The notes below the pieces were generated by a model. It made no database searches. It was not told the DNA's origin and saw nothing but the letters and a program-made list of their open reading frames with translations. Made by a program: the position numbers and the translations under genes. This document shows, piece by piece, positions 10,790 to 23,400 of a DNA stretch of 64,000 nucleotides. Source of the DNA: Flectonema sp. DT1601 (lineage: Eukaryota); NCBI GenBank assembly GCA_964019425.1, contig OZ025788.1, positions 248,001 through 312,000 on the forward strand. The letters run 5' to 3'. Each line of letters starts with the position of its first letter. Position 1 is the stretch's first letter.

Positions 10790-11492
10790 ATGATGATTAT
10801 TCTCTTAGTTTACTCAGGGAATGATCACCAAGTCCACTTTTGTGCTCTCTTTTCTTACTTGTTTTTACTTTAAAATTTTCTGGTTAAAAATACCAAAAAA
10901 TCTGCCGTGACCAGGAATCGAACCCCCGACCACGGCTACGTAAGCGATTTAAGGTCGACGACCATAACCACTCGGCTATGCAGGCTCTGGTACGTCGAAA
11001 AATATTTTATACTTATTACTTTTCTGTCCTAGCGGAACGGAAAATGAAAAATGTCCTTCCTTATGTAAAATGCACTCTGCACCTAAGATGTTGGTTCAGC
11101 AGTGGCTTATCGAATTTATTAGCTCTCGTTGCACTGGTTAGCGCTGTGTTTGAGACGTTATAGTTTATCGGTACACTTTTAACTTATATTTTTAATTCCT
11201 TTCCTTAGCAAATTTTGCTCTTCTTTCTGTTTATATTAAAACAAAAGAATTTCCCACCCATCCCACCCTGGGTGTTTCTTCTTGAGGTTCGTTTATTGTA
11301 TACCTGTTGTTTTTGGCTTGTTGCACCGCTCTTACCTCGGTGCTTTTCAAAGTCTTGGGTTTCTGACCTCTTGAAGATGCAACATTACCCCGACGTCAGT
11401 AGTTTATGTTTTATTTCATTGATTCACTATAATTTTATTATCCCTTTGTTTATTCAGTTTTAATTACACAATATGGACGATGATGATTATTC
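10790..11492. repeat. 703-bp island in the satellite, copy 1, bounded by 13-bp direct repeats ATGATGATTATTC
   Basis: Direct repeats at 10790-10802 and 11480-11492. Appears identical to 16774-17476. Confidence 0.9.
10903..10985 (-). ncRNA. tRNA-like Pol III cassette (Ser/Leu-type pseudo-tRNA or SINE head)
   Basis: Minus strand GCCTGCATAGCCGAGTGGTTATGGTCGTCGACCTTAAATCGCTTACGTAGCCGTGGTCGGGGGTTCGATTCCTGGTCACGGCA. A box TAGCCGAGTGG, B box GGTTCGATTCC, long variable region, T6 two nt downstream. Acceptor and T stems pair poorly. Confidence 0.65.
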
Positions 11493-14400
11493 CGAAAAGT
11501 TTCAAAAAACAGCCAGCTCTACACACAAAGTTTCAAAAAACAGCCAGCACCACACGCAAAGTTTCAAAAAACAGCCAGCTCAACAAAGTTTAAAAAAGCA
11601 GCCAGCTCCACACACAAAGTTTCAAAAAACAGCCAGCTCCACGCAAAGTTTTAAAAAAAAGCCAGCACCACACACAAAGTTTCGAAAAACAGCCAGCTCC
11701 ACAAAGTTTCAAAAACAGCCAGCTCAACAAAGTTTAAAAAAAATGCCAGCTCCACGAAAAGTTTCAAAAAACAGCCAGCTCTACTCACAAAGTTTCAAAA
11801 AACAGCCAGCACCACACGCAAAGTTTCAAAAAACAGCCAGCTCAACAAAGTTTAAAAAAGCAGCCAGCTCCACACACAAAGTTTCAAAAAACAGCCAGCT
11901 CTACACGCAAAGTTTAAAAAAACAGCCAGCTCAACAAAGTTTCAAAAAACAGCCAGCTCTACACGCAAAGTTTTAAAAAACAGCCAGCTCCACACACAAA
12001 GTTTCAAAAAACAGCCAGCTCCACACAAAGTTTAAAAAAACAGCCAGCTCAACAAAGTTTAAAAAAAATGCCAGCTCCACGAAAAGTTTCAAAAAACAGC
12101 CAGCTCTACACACAAAGTTTTAAAAAACAGCCAGCACCACACACAAAGTTTCGAAAAACAGCCAGCTCCACAAAGTTTAAAAAAACAGCCAGCTCAACAA
12201 AGTTTAAAAAAGCAGCCAGCTCCACACACAAAGTTTTAAAAAACAGCCAGCTCTACACGCAAAGTTTTAAAAAACAGCCAGCACCACACACAAAGTTTCG
12301 AAAAACAGCCAGCTCCACAAAGTTTAAAAAAACAGCCAGCTCAACAAAGTTTAAAAAAAATGCCAGCTCCACGAAAAGTTTTAAAAAACAGCCAGCTCTA
12401 CACGCAAAGTTTCAAAAAACAGCCAGCTCAACAAAGTTTTAAAAAACAGCCAGCTCAACAAAGTTTAAAAAAGCAGCCAGCTCCACACACAAAGTTTCAA
12501 AAAACAGCCAGCTCAACAAAGTTTAAAAAAAATGCCAGTTCCACGAAAAGTTTCAAAAAACAGCCAGCTCTACACGCAAAGTTTTAAAAACAGCCAGCAC
12601 CACACGCAAAGTTTTAAAAAACAGCCAGCTCAACAAAGTTTAAAAAAGCAGCCAGCTCCACACACAAAGTTTCAAAAAACAGCCAGCTCTACACGCAAAG
12701 TTTTAAAAAACAGCCAGCACCACACACAAAGTTTCGAAAAACAGCCAGCTCCACAAAGTTTAAAAAAACAGCCAGCTCAACAAAGTTTAAAAAAAATGCC
12801 AGCTCCACGAAAAGTTTCAAAAAACAGCCAGCTCCACACACAAAGTTTCAAAAAACAGCCAGCACCACACGCAAAGTTTCAAAAAACAGCCAGCTCAACA
12901 AAGTTTAAAAAAGCAGCCAGCTCCACACACAAAGTTTCAAAAAACAGCCAGCTCCACACACAAAGTTTCAAAAAACAGCCAGCACCACACGCAAAGTTTC
13001 AAAAAACAGCCAGCTCAACAAAGTTTAAAAAAGCAGCCAGCTCCACACACAAAGTTTCAAAAAACAGCCAGCTCAACAAAGTTTAAAAAAACAGCCAGCT
13101 CCACACACAAAGTTTCAAAAAACAGCCAGCTCTACACGCAAAGTTTTAAAAAACAGCCAGCTCAACAAAGTTTAAAAAAGCAGCCAGCTCTACACGCAAA
13201 GTTTTAAAAAATAGCCAGCTCAACAAAGTTTAAAAAAGCAGCCAGCTCCACACACAAAGTTTCAAAAAACAGCCAGCTCAACAAAGTTTAAAAAAACAGC
13301 CAGCTCCACACACAAAGTTTCAAAAAACAGCCAGCTCTACACGCAAAGTTTTAAAAAACAGCCAGCTCAACAAAGTTTAAAAAAGCAGCCAGCTCCACAC
13401 ACAAAGTTTCAAAAAACAGCCAGCTCCACACACAAAGTTTCAAAAAACAGCCAGCACCACACGCAAAGTTTCAAAAAACAGCCAGCTCAACAAAGTTTAA
13501 AAAAACAGCCAGCTCCACACACAAAGTTTCAAAAAACAGCCAGCTCTACACGCAAAGTTTTAAAAAACAGCCAGCTCAACAAAGTTTAAAAAAGCAGCCA
13601 GCTCTACACGCAAAGTTTTAAAAAATAGCCAGCTCAACAAAGTTTAAAAAAGCAGCCAGCTCCACACACAAAGTTTCAAAAAACAGCCAGCTCAACAAAG
13701 TTTAAAAAAACAGCCAGCTCCACACACAAAGTTTCAAAAAACAGCCAGCTCTACACGCAAAGTTTTAAAAAACAGCCAGCTCAACAAAGTTTAAAAAAGC
13801 AGCCAGCTCCACACACAAAGTTTCAAAAAACAGCCAGCTCCACACACAAAGTTTCAAAAAACAGCCAGCACCACACGCAAAGTTTCAAAAAACAGCCAGC
13901 TCAACAAAGTTTAAAAAAGCAGCCAGCTCCACACACAAAGTTTCAAAAAACAGCCAGCACCACACGCAAAGTTTCAAAAAACAGCCAGCTCAACAAAGTT
14001 TAAAAAAGCAGCCAGCTCCACACACAAAGTTTCAAAAAACAGCCAGCTCAACAAAGTTTAAAAAAACAGCCAGCTCCACACACAAAGTTTCAAAAAACAG
14101 CCAACTCTACACGCAAAGTTTTAAAAAACAGCCAGCTCAACAAAGTTTAAAAAAGCAGCCAGCTCTACACGCAAAGTTTTAAAAAATAGCCAGCTCAACA
14201 AAGTTTAAAAAAGCAGCCAGCTCCACACACAAAGTTTCAAAAAACAGCCAGCTCAACAAAGTTTAAAAAAACAGCCAGCTCAACAAAGTTTAAAAAAACA
14301 GCCAGCTCCACACACAAAGTTTCAAAAAACAGCCAGCTCCACACGCAAAGTTTTAAAAAACAGCCAGCTCAACAAAGTTTAAAAAAGCAGCCAGCTCCAC

Positions 14401-16773
14401 ACACAAAGTTTCAAAAAACAGCCAGCTCCACACACAAAGTTTCAAAAAACAGCCAGCACCACACGCAAAGTTTCAAAAAACAGCCAGCTCAACAAAGTTT
14501 AAAAAAGCAGCCAGCTCCACACACAAAGTTTCAAAAAACAGCCAGCTCCACACACAAAGTTTCAAAAAACAGCCAGCACCACACGCAAAGTTTCAAAAAA
14601 CAGCCAGCTCAACAAAGTTTAAAAAAGCAGCCAGCTCCACACACAAAGTTTCAAAAAACAGCCAGCTCCACGCAAAGTTTTAAAAAACAGCCAGCACCAC
14701 ACACAAAGTTTCGAAAAACAGCCAGCTCCACAAAGTTTCAAAAACAGCCAGCTCAACAAAGTTTAAAAAAAATGCCAGCTCCACGAAAAGTTTCAAAAAA
14801 CAGCCAGCTCCACACACAAAGTTTCAAAAAACAGCCAGCACCACACGCAAAGTTTCAAAAAACAGCCAGCTCAACAAAGTTTAAAAAAGCAGCCAGCTCC
14901 ACACACAAAGTTTCAAAAAACAGCCAGCTCAACAAAGTTTAAAAAAACAGCCAGCTCCACACACAAAGTTTCAAAAAACAGCCAGCTCTACACGCAAAGT
15001 TTCAAAAAACAGCCAGCTCCACACGCAAAGTTTAAAAAAAAGCCAGCACCACGCAAAGTTTCAAAAAACAGCCAGCTCAACAAAGTTTAAAAAAGCAGCC
15101 AGCTCCACACACAAAGTTTCAAAAAACAGCCAGCTCTACACGCAAAGTTTCAAAAAACAGCCAGCTCTACACGCAAAGTTTAAAAAAAAGCCAGCACCAC
15201 GCAAAGTTTCAAAAAACAGCCAGCTCAACAAAGTTTAAAAAAGCAGCCAGCTCCACACACAAAGTTTCAAAAAACAGCCAGCTCAACAAAGTTTAAAAAA
15301 ACAGCCAGCTCCACACACAAAGTTTCAAAAAACAGCCAGCTCTACACGCAAAGTTTTAAAAAATAGCCAGCTCAACAAAGTTTAAAAAAGCAGCCAGCTC
15401 CACACACAAAGTTTCAAAAAACAGCCAGCTCTACACGCAAAGTTTTAAAAAACAGCCAGCTCAACAAAGTTTAAAAAAGCAGCCAGCTCCACACACAAAG
15501 TTTCAAAAAACAGCCAGCTCAACAAAGTTTAAAAAAACAGCCAGCTCCACAGACAAAGTTTCAAAAAACAGCCAGCTCTACACGCAAAGTTTTAAAAAAC
15601 AGCCAGCTCAACAAAGTTTAAAAAAGCAGCCAGCTCCACACACAAAGTTTCAAAAAACAGCCAGCTCCACACACAAAGTTTCAAAAAACAGCCAGCACCA
15701 CACGCAAAGTTTCAAAAAACAGCCAGCTCAACAAAGTTTAAAAAAGCAGCCAGCTCCACACACAAAGTTTCAAAAAACAGCCAGCTCCACACACAAAGTT
15801 TCAAAAAACAGCCAGCACCACACGCAAAGTTTCAAAAAACAGCCAGCTCAACAAAGTTTAAAAAAGCAGCCAGCTCCACACACAAAGTTTCAAAAAACAG
15901 CCAGCTCCACGCAAAGTTTTAAAAAACAGCCAGCACCACACACAAAGTTTCGAAAAACAGCCAGCTCCACAAAGTTTCAAAAACAGCCAGCTCAACAAAG
16001 TTTAAAAAAAATGCCAGCTCCACGAAAAGTTTCAAAAAACAGCCAGCTCCACACACAAAGTTTCAAAAATCAGCCAGCACCACACGCAAAGTTTCAAAAA
16101 ACAGCCAGCTCAACAAAGTTTAAAAAAGCAGCCAGCTCCACACACAAAGTTTCAAAAAACAGCCAGCTCAACAAAGTTTAAAAAAACAGCCAGCTCCACA
16201 CACAAAGTTTCAAAAAACAGCCAGCTCTACACGCAAAGTTTCAAAAAACAGCCAGCTCCACACGCAAAGTTTAAAAAAAAGCCAGCACCACGCAAAGTTT
16301 CAAAAAACAGCCAGCTCAACAAAGTTTAAAAAAGCAGCCAGCTCCACACACAAAGTTTCAAAAAACAGCCAGCTCTACACGCAAAGTTTCAAAAAACAGC
16401 CAGCTCTACACGCAAAGTTTAAAAAAAAGCCAGCACCACGCAAAGTTTCAAAAAACAGCCAGCTCAACAAAGTTTAAAAAAGCAGCCAGCTCCACACACA
16501 AAGTTTCAAAAAACAGCCAGCTCAACAAAGTTTAAAAAAACAGCCAGCTCCACACACAAAGTTTCAAAAAACAGCCAGCTCTACACGCAAAGTTTTAAAA
16601 AATAGCCAGCTCAACAAAGTTTAAAAAAGCAGCCAGCTCCACACACAAAGTTTCAAAAAACAGCCAGCTCTACACGCAAAGTTTTAAAAAACAGCCAGCT
16701 CAACAAAGTTTAAAAAAGCAGCCAGCTCCACACACAAAGTTTCAAAAAACAGCCAGCTCAACAAAGTTTAAAA

Positions 16774-17476
16774 ATGATGATTATTCTCTTAGTTTACTCA
16801 GGGAATGATCACCAAGTCCACTTTTGTGCTCTCTTTTCTTACTTGTTTTTACTTTAAAATTTTCTGGTTAAAAATACCAAAAAATCTGCCGTGACCAGGA
16901 ATCGAACCCCCGACCACGGCTACGTAAGCGATTTAAGGTCGACGACCATAACCACTCGGCTATGCAGGCTCTGGTACGTCGAAAAATATTTTATACTTAT
17001 TACTTTTCTGTCCTAGCGGAACGGAAAATGAAAAATGTCCTTCCTTATGTAAAATGCACTCTGCACCTAAGATGTTGGTTCAGCAGTGGCTTATCGAATT
17101 TATTAGCTCTCGTTGCACTGGTTAGCGCTGTGTTTGAGACGTTATAGTTTATCGGTACACTTTTAACTTATATTTTTAATTCCTTTCCTTAGCAAATTTT
17201 GCTCTTCTTTCTGTTTATATTAAAACAAAAGAATTTCCCACCCATCCCACCCTGGGTGTTTCTTCTTGAGGTTCGTTTATTGTATACCTGTTGTTTTTGG
17301 CTTGTTGCACCGCTCTTACCTCGGTGCTTTTCAAAGTCTTGGGTTTCTGACCTCTTGAAGATGCAACATTACCCCGACGTCAGTAGTTTATGTTTTATTT
17401 CATTGATTCACTATAATTTTATTATCCCTTTGTTTATTCAGTTTTAATTACACAATATGGACGATGATGATTATTC
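16774..17476. repeat. 703-bp island in the satellite, copy 2
   Basis: Same sequence as 10790-11492, offset 5984. Confidence 0.9.
16887..16969 (-). ncRNA. tRNA-like Pol III cassette, copy 2
   Basis: Identical to 10903-10985. Confidence 0.65.
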
Positions 17477-20400
17477 CGAAAAGTTTCAAAAAACAGCCAG
17501 CTCTACACACAAAGTTTCAAAAAACAGCCAGCACCACACGCAAAGTTTCAAAAAACAGCCAGCTCAACAAAGTTTAAAAAAGCAGCCAGCTCCACACACA
17601 AAGTTTCAAAAAACAGCCAGCTCCACACACAAAGTTTCAAAAAACAGCCAGCACCACACACAAAGTTTCGAAAAACAGCCAGCTCCACAAAGTTTCAAAA
17701 ACAGCCAGCTCAACAAAGTTTAAAAAAAATGCCAGCTCCACGAAAAGTTTCAAAAAACAGCCAGCTCTACACACAAAGTTTCAAAAAACAGCCAGCACCA
17801 CACGCAAAGTTTCAAAAAACAGCCAGCTCAACAAAGTTTAAAAAAGCAGCCAGCTCCACACACAAAGTTTCAAAAAACAGCCAGCTCCACGCAAAGTTTT
17901 AAAAAAAAGCCAGCACCACACACAAAGTTTCGAAAAACAGCCAGCTCCACAAAGTTTCAAAAACAGCCAGCTCAACAAAGTTTAAAAAAAATGCCAGCTC
18001 CACGAAAAGTTTCAAAAAACAGCCAGCTCTACTCACAAAGTTTCAAAAAACAGCCAGCACCACACGCAAAGTTTCAAAAAACAGCCAGCTCAACAAAGTT
18101 TAAAAAAGCAGCCAGCTCCACACACAAAGTTTCAAAAAACAGCCAGCTCTACACGCAAAGTTTAAAAAAACAGCCAGCTCAACAAAGTTTCAAAAAACAG
18201 CCAGCTCTACACGCAAAGTTTTAAAAAACAGCCAGCTCCACACACAAAGTTTCAAAAAACAGCCAGCTCCACACAAAGTTTAAAAAAACAGCCAGCTCAA
18301 CAAAGTTTAAAAAAAATGCCAGCTCCACGAAAAGTTTCAAAAAACAGCCAGCTCTACACACAAAGTTTTAAAAAACAGCCAGCACCACACACAAAGTTTC
18401 GAAAAACAGCCAGCTCCACAAAGTTTAAAAAAACAGCCAGCTCAACAAAGTTTAAAAAAGCAGCCAGCTCCACACACAAAGTTTTAAAAAACAGCCAGCT
18501 CTACACGCAAAGTTTTAAAAAACAGCCAGCACCACACACAAAGTTTCGAAAAACAGCCAGCTCCACAAAGTTTAAAAAAACAGCCAGCTCAACAAAGTTT
18601 AAAAAAAATGCCAGCTCCACGAAAAGTTTTAAAAAACAGCCAGCTCTACACGCAAAGTTTCAAAAAACAGCCAGCTCAACAAAGTTTTAAAAAACAGCCA
18701 GCTCAACAAAGTTTAAAAAAGCAGCCAGCTCCACACACAAAGTTTCAAAAAACAGCCAGCTCAACAAAGTTTAAAAAAAATGCCAGTTCCACGAAAAGTT
18801 TCAAAAAACAGCCAGCTCTACACGCAAAGTTTTAAAAACAGCCAGCACCACACGCAAAGTTTTAAAAAACAGCCAGCTCAACAAAGTTTAAAAAAGCAGC
18901 CAGCTCCACACACAAAGTTTCAAAAAACAGCCAGCTCTACACGCAAAGTTTTAAAAAACAGCCAGCACCACACACAAAGTTTCGAAAAACAGCCAGCTCC
19001 ACAAAGTTTAAAAAAACAGCCAGCTCAACAAAGTTTAAAAAAAATGCCAGCTCCACGAAAAGTTTCAAAAAACAGCCAGCTCCACACACAAAGTTTCAAA
19101 AAACAGCCAGCACCACACGCAAAGTTTCAAAAAACAGCCAGCTCAACAAAGTTTAAAAAAGCAGCCAGCTCCACACACAAAGTTTCAAAAAACAGCCAGC
19201 TCCACACACAAAGTTTCAAAAAACAGCCAGCACCACACGCAAAGTTTCAAAAAACAGCCAGCTCAACAAAGTTTAAAAAAGCAGCCAGCTCCACACACAA
19301 AGTTTCAAAAAACAGCCAGCTCAACAAAGTTTAAAAAAACAGCCAGCTCCACACACAAAGTTTCAAAAAACAGCCAGCTCTACACGCAAAGTTTTAAAAA
19401 ACAGCCAGCTCAACAAAGTTTAAAAAAGCAGCCAGCTCTACACGCAAAGTTTTAAAAAATAGCCAGCTCAACAAAGTTTAAAAAAGCAGCCAGCTCCACA
19501 CACAAAGTTTCAAAAAACAGCCAGCTCAACAAAGTTTAAAAAAACAGCCAGCTCCACACACAAAGTTTCAAAAAACAGCCAGCTCTACACGCAAAGTTTT
19601 AAAAAACAGCCAGCTCAACAAAGTTTAAAAAAGCAGCCAGCTCCACACACAAAGTTTCAAAAAACAGCCAGCTCCACACACAAAGTTTCAAAAAACAGCC
19701 AGCACCACACGCAAAGTTTCAAAAAACAGCCAGCTCAACAAAGTTTAAAAAAACAGCCAGCTCCACACACAAAGTTTCAAAAAACAGCCAGCTCTACACG
19801 CAAAGTTTTAAAAAACAGCCAGCTCAACAAAGTTTAAAAAAGCAGCCAGCTCTACACGCAAAGTTTTAAAAAATAGCCAGCTCAACAAAGTTTAAAAAAG
19901 CAGCCAGCTCCACACACAAAGTTTCAAAAAACAGCCAGCTCAACAAAGTTTAAAAAAACAGCCAGCTCCACACACAAAGTTTCAAAAAACAGCCAGCTCT
20001 ACACGCAAAGTTTTAAAAAACAGCCAGCTCAACAAAGTTTAAAAAAGCAGCCAGCTCCACACACAAAGTTTCAAAAAACAGCCAGCTCCACACACAAAGT
20101 TTCAAAAAACAGCCAGCACCACACGCAAAGTTTCAAAAAACAGCCAGCTCAACAAAGTTTAAAAAAGCAGCCAGCTCCACACACAAAGTTTCAAAAAACA
20201 GCCAGCACCACACGCAAAGTTTCAAAAAACAGCCAGCTCAACAAAGTTTAAAAAAGCAGCCAGCTCCACACACAAAGTTTCAAAAAACAGCCAGCTCAAC
20301 AAAGTTTAAAAAAACAGCCAGCTCCACACACAAAGTTTCAAAAAACAGCCAACTCTACACGCAAAGTTTTAAAAAACAGCCAGCTCAACAAAGTTTAAAA

Positions 20401-23400
20401 AAGCAGCCAGCTCTACACGCAAAGTTTTAAAAAATAGCCAGCTCAACAAAGTTTAAAAAAGCAGCCAGCTCCACACACAAAGTTTCAAAAAACAGCCAGC
20501 TCAACAAAGTTTAAAAAAACAGCCAGCTCAACAAAGTTTCAAAAAACAGCCAGCTCCACACACAAAGTTTCAAAAATCAGCCAGCACCACACGCAAAGTT
20601 TCAAAAAACAGCCAGCTCAACAAAGTTTAAAAAAGCAGCCAGCTCCACACACAAAGTTTCAAAAAACAGCCAGCTCCACACACAAAGTTTCAAAAAACAG
20701 CCAGCACCACACGCAAAGTTTCAAAAAACAGCCAGCTCAACAAAGTTTAAAAAAGCAGCCAGCTCCACACACAAAGTTTCAAAAAACAGCCAGCTCCACA
20801 CACAAAGTTTCAAAAAACAGCCAGCACCACACGCAAAGTTTCAAAAAACAGCCAGCTCAACAAAGTTTAAAAAAGCAGCCAGCTCCACACACAAAGTTTC
20901 AAAAAACAGCCAGCTCCACGCAAAGTTTTAAAAAACAGCCAGCACCACACACAAAGTTTCGAAAAACAGCCAGCTCCACAAAGTTTCAAAAACAGCCAGC
21001 TCAACAAAGTTTAAAAAAAATGCCAGCTCCACGAAAAGTTTCAAAAAACAGCCAGCTCCACACACAAAGTTTCAAAAAACAGCCAGCACCACACGCAAAG
21101 TTTCAAAAAACAGCCAGCTCAACAAAGTTTAAAAAAGCAGCCAGCTCCACACACAAAGTTTCAAAAAACAGCCAGCTCAACAAAGTTTAAAAAAACAGCC
21201 AGCTCCACACACAAAGTTTCAAAAAACAGCCAGCTCTACACGCAAAGTTTCAAAAAACAGCCAGCTCCACACGCAAAGTTTAAAAAAAAGCCAGCACCAC
21301 GCAAAGTTTCAAAAAACAGCCAGCTCAACAAAGTTTAAAAAAGCAGCCAGCTCCACACACAAAGTTTCAAAAAACAGCCAGCTCTACACGCAAAGTTTCA
21401 AAAAACAGCCAGCTCTACACGCAAAGTTTAAAAAAAAGCCAGCACCACGCAAAGTTTCAAAAAACAGCCAGCTCAACAAAGTTTAAAAAAGCAGCCAGCT
21501 CCACACACAAAGTTTCAAAAAACAGCCAGCTCAACAAAGTTTAAAAAAACAGCCAGCTCCACACACAAAGTTTCAAAAAACAGCCAGCTCTACACGCAAA
21601 GTTTTAAAAAATAGCCAGCTCAACAAAGTTTAAAAAAGCAGCCAGCTCCACACACAAAGTTTCAAAAAACAGCCAGCTCTACACGCAAAGTTTTAAAAAA
21701 CAGCCAGCTCAACAAAGTTTAAAAAAGCAGCCAGCTCCACACACAAAGTTTCAAAAAACAGCCAGCTCAACAAAGTTTAAAAAAACAGCCAGCTCCACAG
21801 ACAAAGTTTCAAAAAACAGCCAGCTCTACACGCAAAGTTTTAAAAAACAGCCAGCTCAACAAAGTTTAAAAAAGCAGCCAGCTCCACACACAAAGTTTCA
21901 AAAAACAGCCAGCTCCACACACAAAGTTTCAAAAAACAGCCAGCACCACACGCAAAGTTTCAAAAAACAGCCAGCTCAACAAAGTTTAAAAAAGCAGCCA
22001 GCTCCACACACAAAGTTTCAAAAAACAGCCAGCTCCACACACAAAGTTTCAAAAAACAGCCAGCACCACACGCAAAGTTTCAAAAAACAGCCAGCTCAAC
22101 AAAGTTTAAAAAAGCAGCCAGCTCCACACACAAAGTTTCAAAAAACAGCCAGCTCCACGCAAAGTTTTAAAAAACAGCCAGCACCACACACAAAGTTTCG
22201 AAAAACAGCCAGCTCCACAAAGTTTCAAAAACAGCCAGCTCAACAAAGTTTAAAAAAAATGCCAGCTCCACGAAAAGTTTCAAAAAACAGCCAGCTCCAC
22301 ACACAAAGTTTCAAAAATCAGCCAGCACCACACGCAAAGTTTCAAAAAACAGCCAGCTCAACAAAGTTTAAAAAAGCAGCCAGCTCCACACACAAAGTTT
22401 CAAAAAACAGCCAGCTCAACAAAGTTTAAAAAAACAGCCAGCTCCACACACAAAGTTTCAAAAAACAGCCAGCTCTACACGCAAAGTTTCAAAAAACAGC
22501 CAGCTCCACACGCAAAGTTTAAAAAAAAGCCAGCACCACGCAAAGTTTCAAAAAACAGCCAGCTCAACAAAGTTTAAAAAAGCAGCCAGCTCCACACACA
22601 AAGTTTCAAAAAACAGCCAGCTCTACACGCAAAGTTTCAAAAAACAGCCAGCTCTACACGCAAAGTTTAAAAAAAAGCCAGCACCACGCAAAGTTTCAAA
22701 AAACAGCCAGCTCAACAAAGTTTAAAAAAGCAGCCAGCTCCACACACAAAGTTTCAAAAAACAGCCAGCTCAACAAAGTTTAAAAAAACAGCCAGCTCCA
22801 CACACAAAGTTTCAAAAAACAGCCAGCTCTACACGCAAAGTTTTAAAAAATAGCCAGCTCAACAAAGTTTAAAAAAGCAGCCAGCTCCACACACAAAGTT
22901 TCAAAAAACAGCCAGCTCTACACGCAAAGTTTTAAAAAACAGCCAGCTCAACAAAGTTTAAAAAAGCAGCCAGCTCCACACACAAAGTTTCAAAAAACAG
23001 CCAGCTCAACAAAGTTTAAAAAAACAGCCAGCTCCACACACAAAGTTTCAAAAAACAGCCAGCTCTACACGCAAAGTTTTAAAAAACAGCCAGCTCAACA
23101 AAGTTTAAAAAAGCAGCCAGCTCCACACACAAAGTTTCAAAAAACAGCCAGCTCTACACGCAAAGTTTTAAAAAACAGCCAGCTCCAGACACAAAGTTTC
23201 AAAAAACAGCCAGCTCCACACAAAGTTTAAAAAAACAGCCAGCTCAACAAAGTTTAAAAAAAATGCCAGCTCCACGAAAAGTTTCAAAAAACAGCCAGCT
23301 CTACACACAAAGTTTTAAAAAACAGCCAGCACCACACACAAAGTTTCGAAAAACAGCCAGCTCCACAAAGTTTAAAAAAACAGCCAGCTCAACAAAGTTT

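Noticed and set aside
10903..10985. Functional ochre-suppressor tRNA (loop CCUUAAA would give anticodon UUA)
   Set aside because: Position 33 is C rather than U, the acceptor and T stems are largely unpaired, and genes in the window use TAA as a normal stop.
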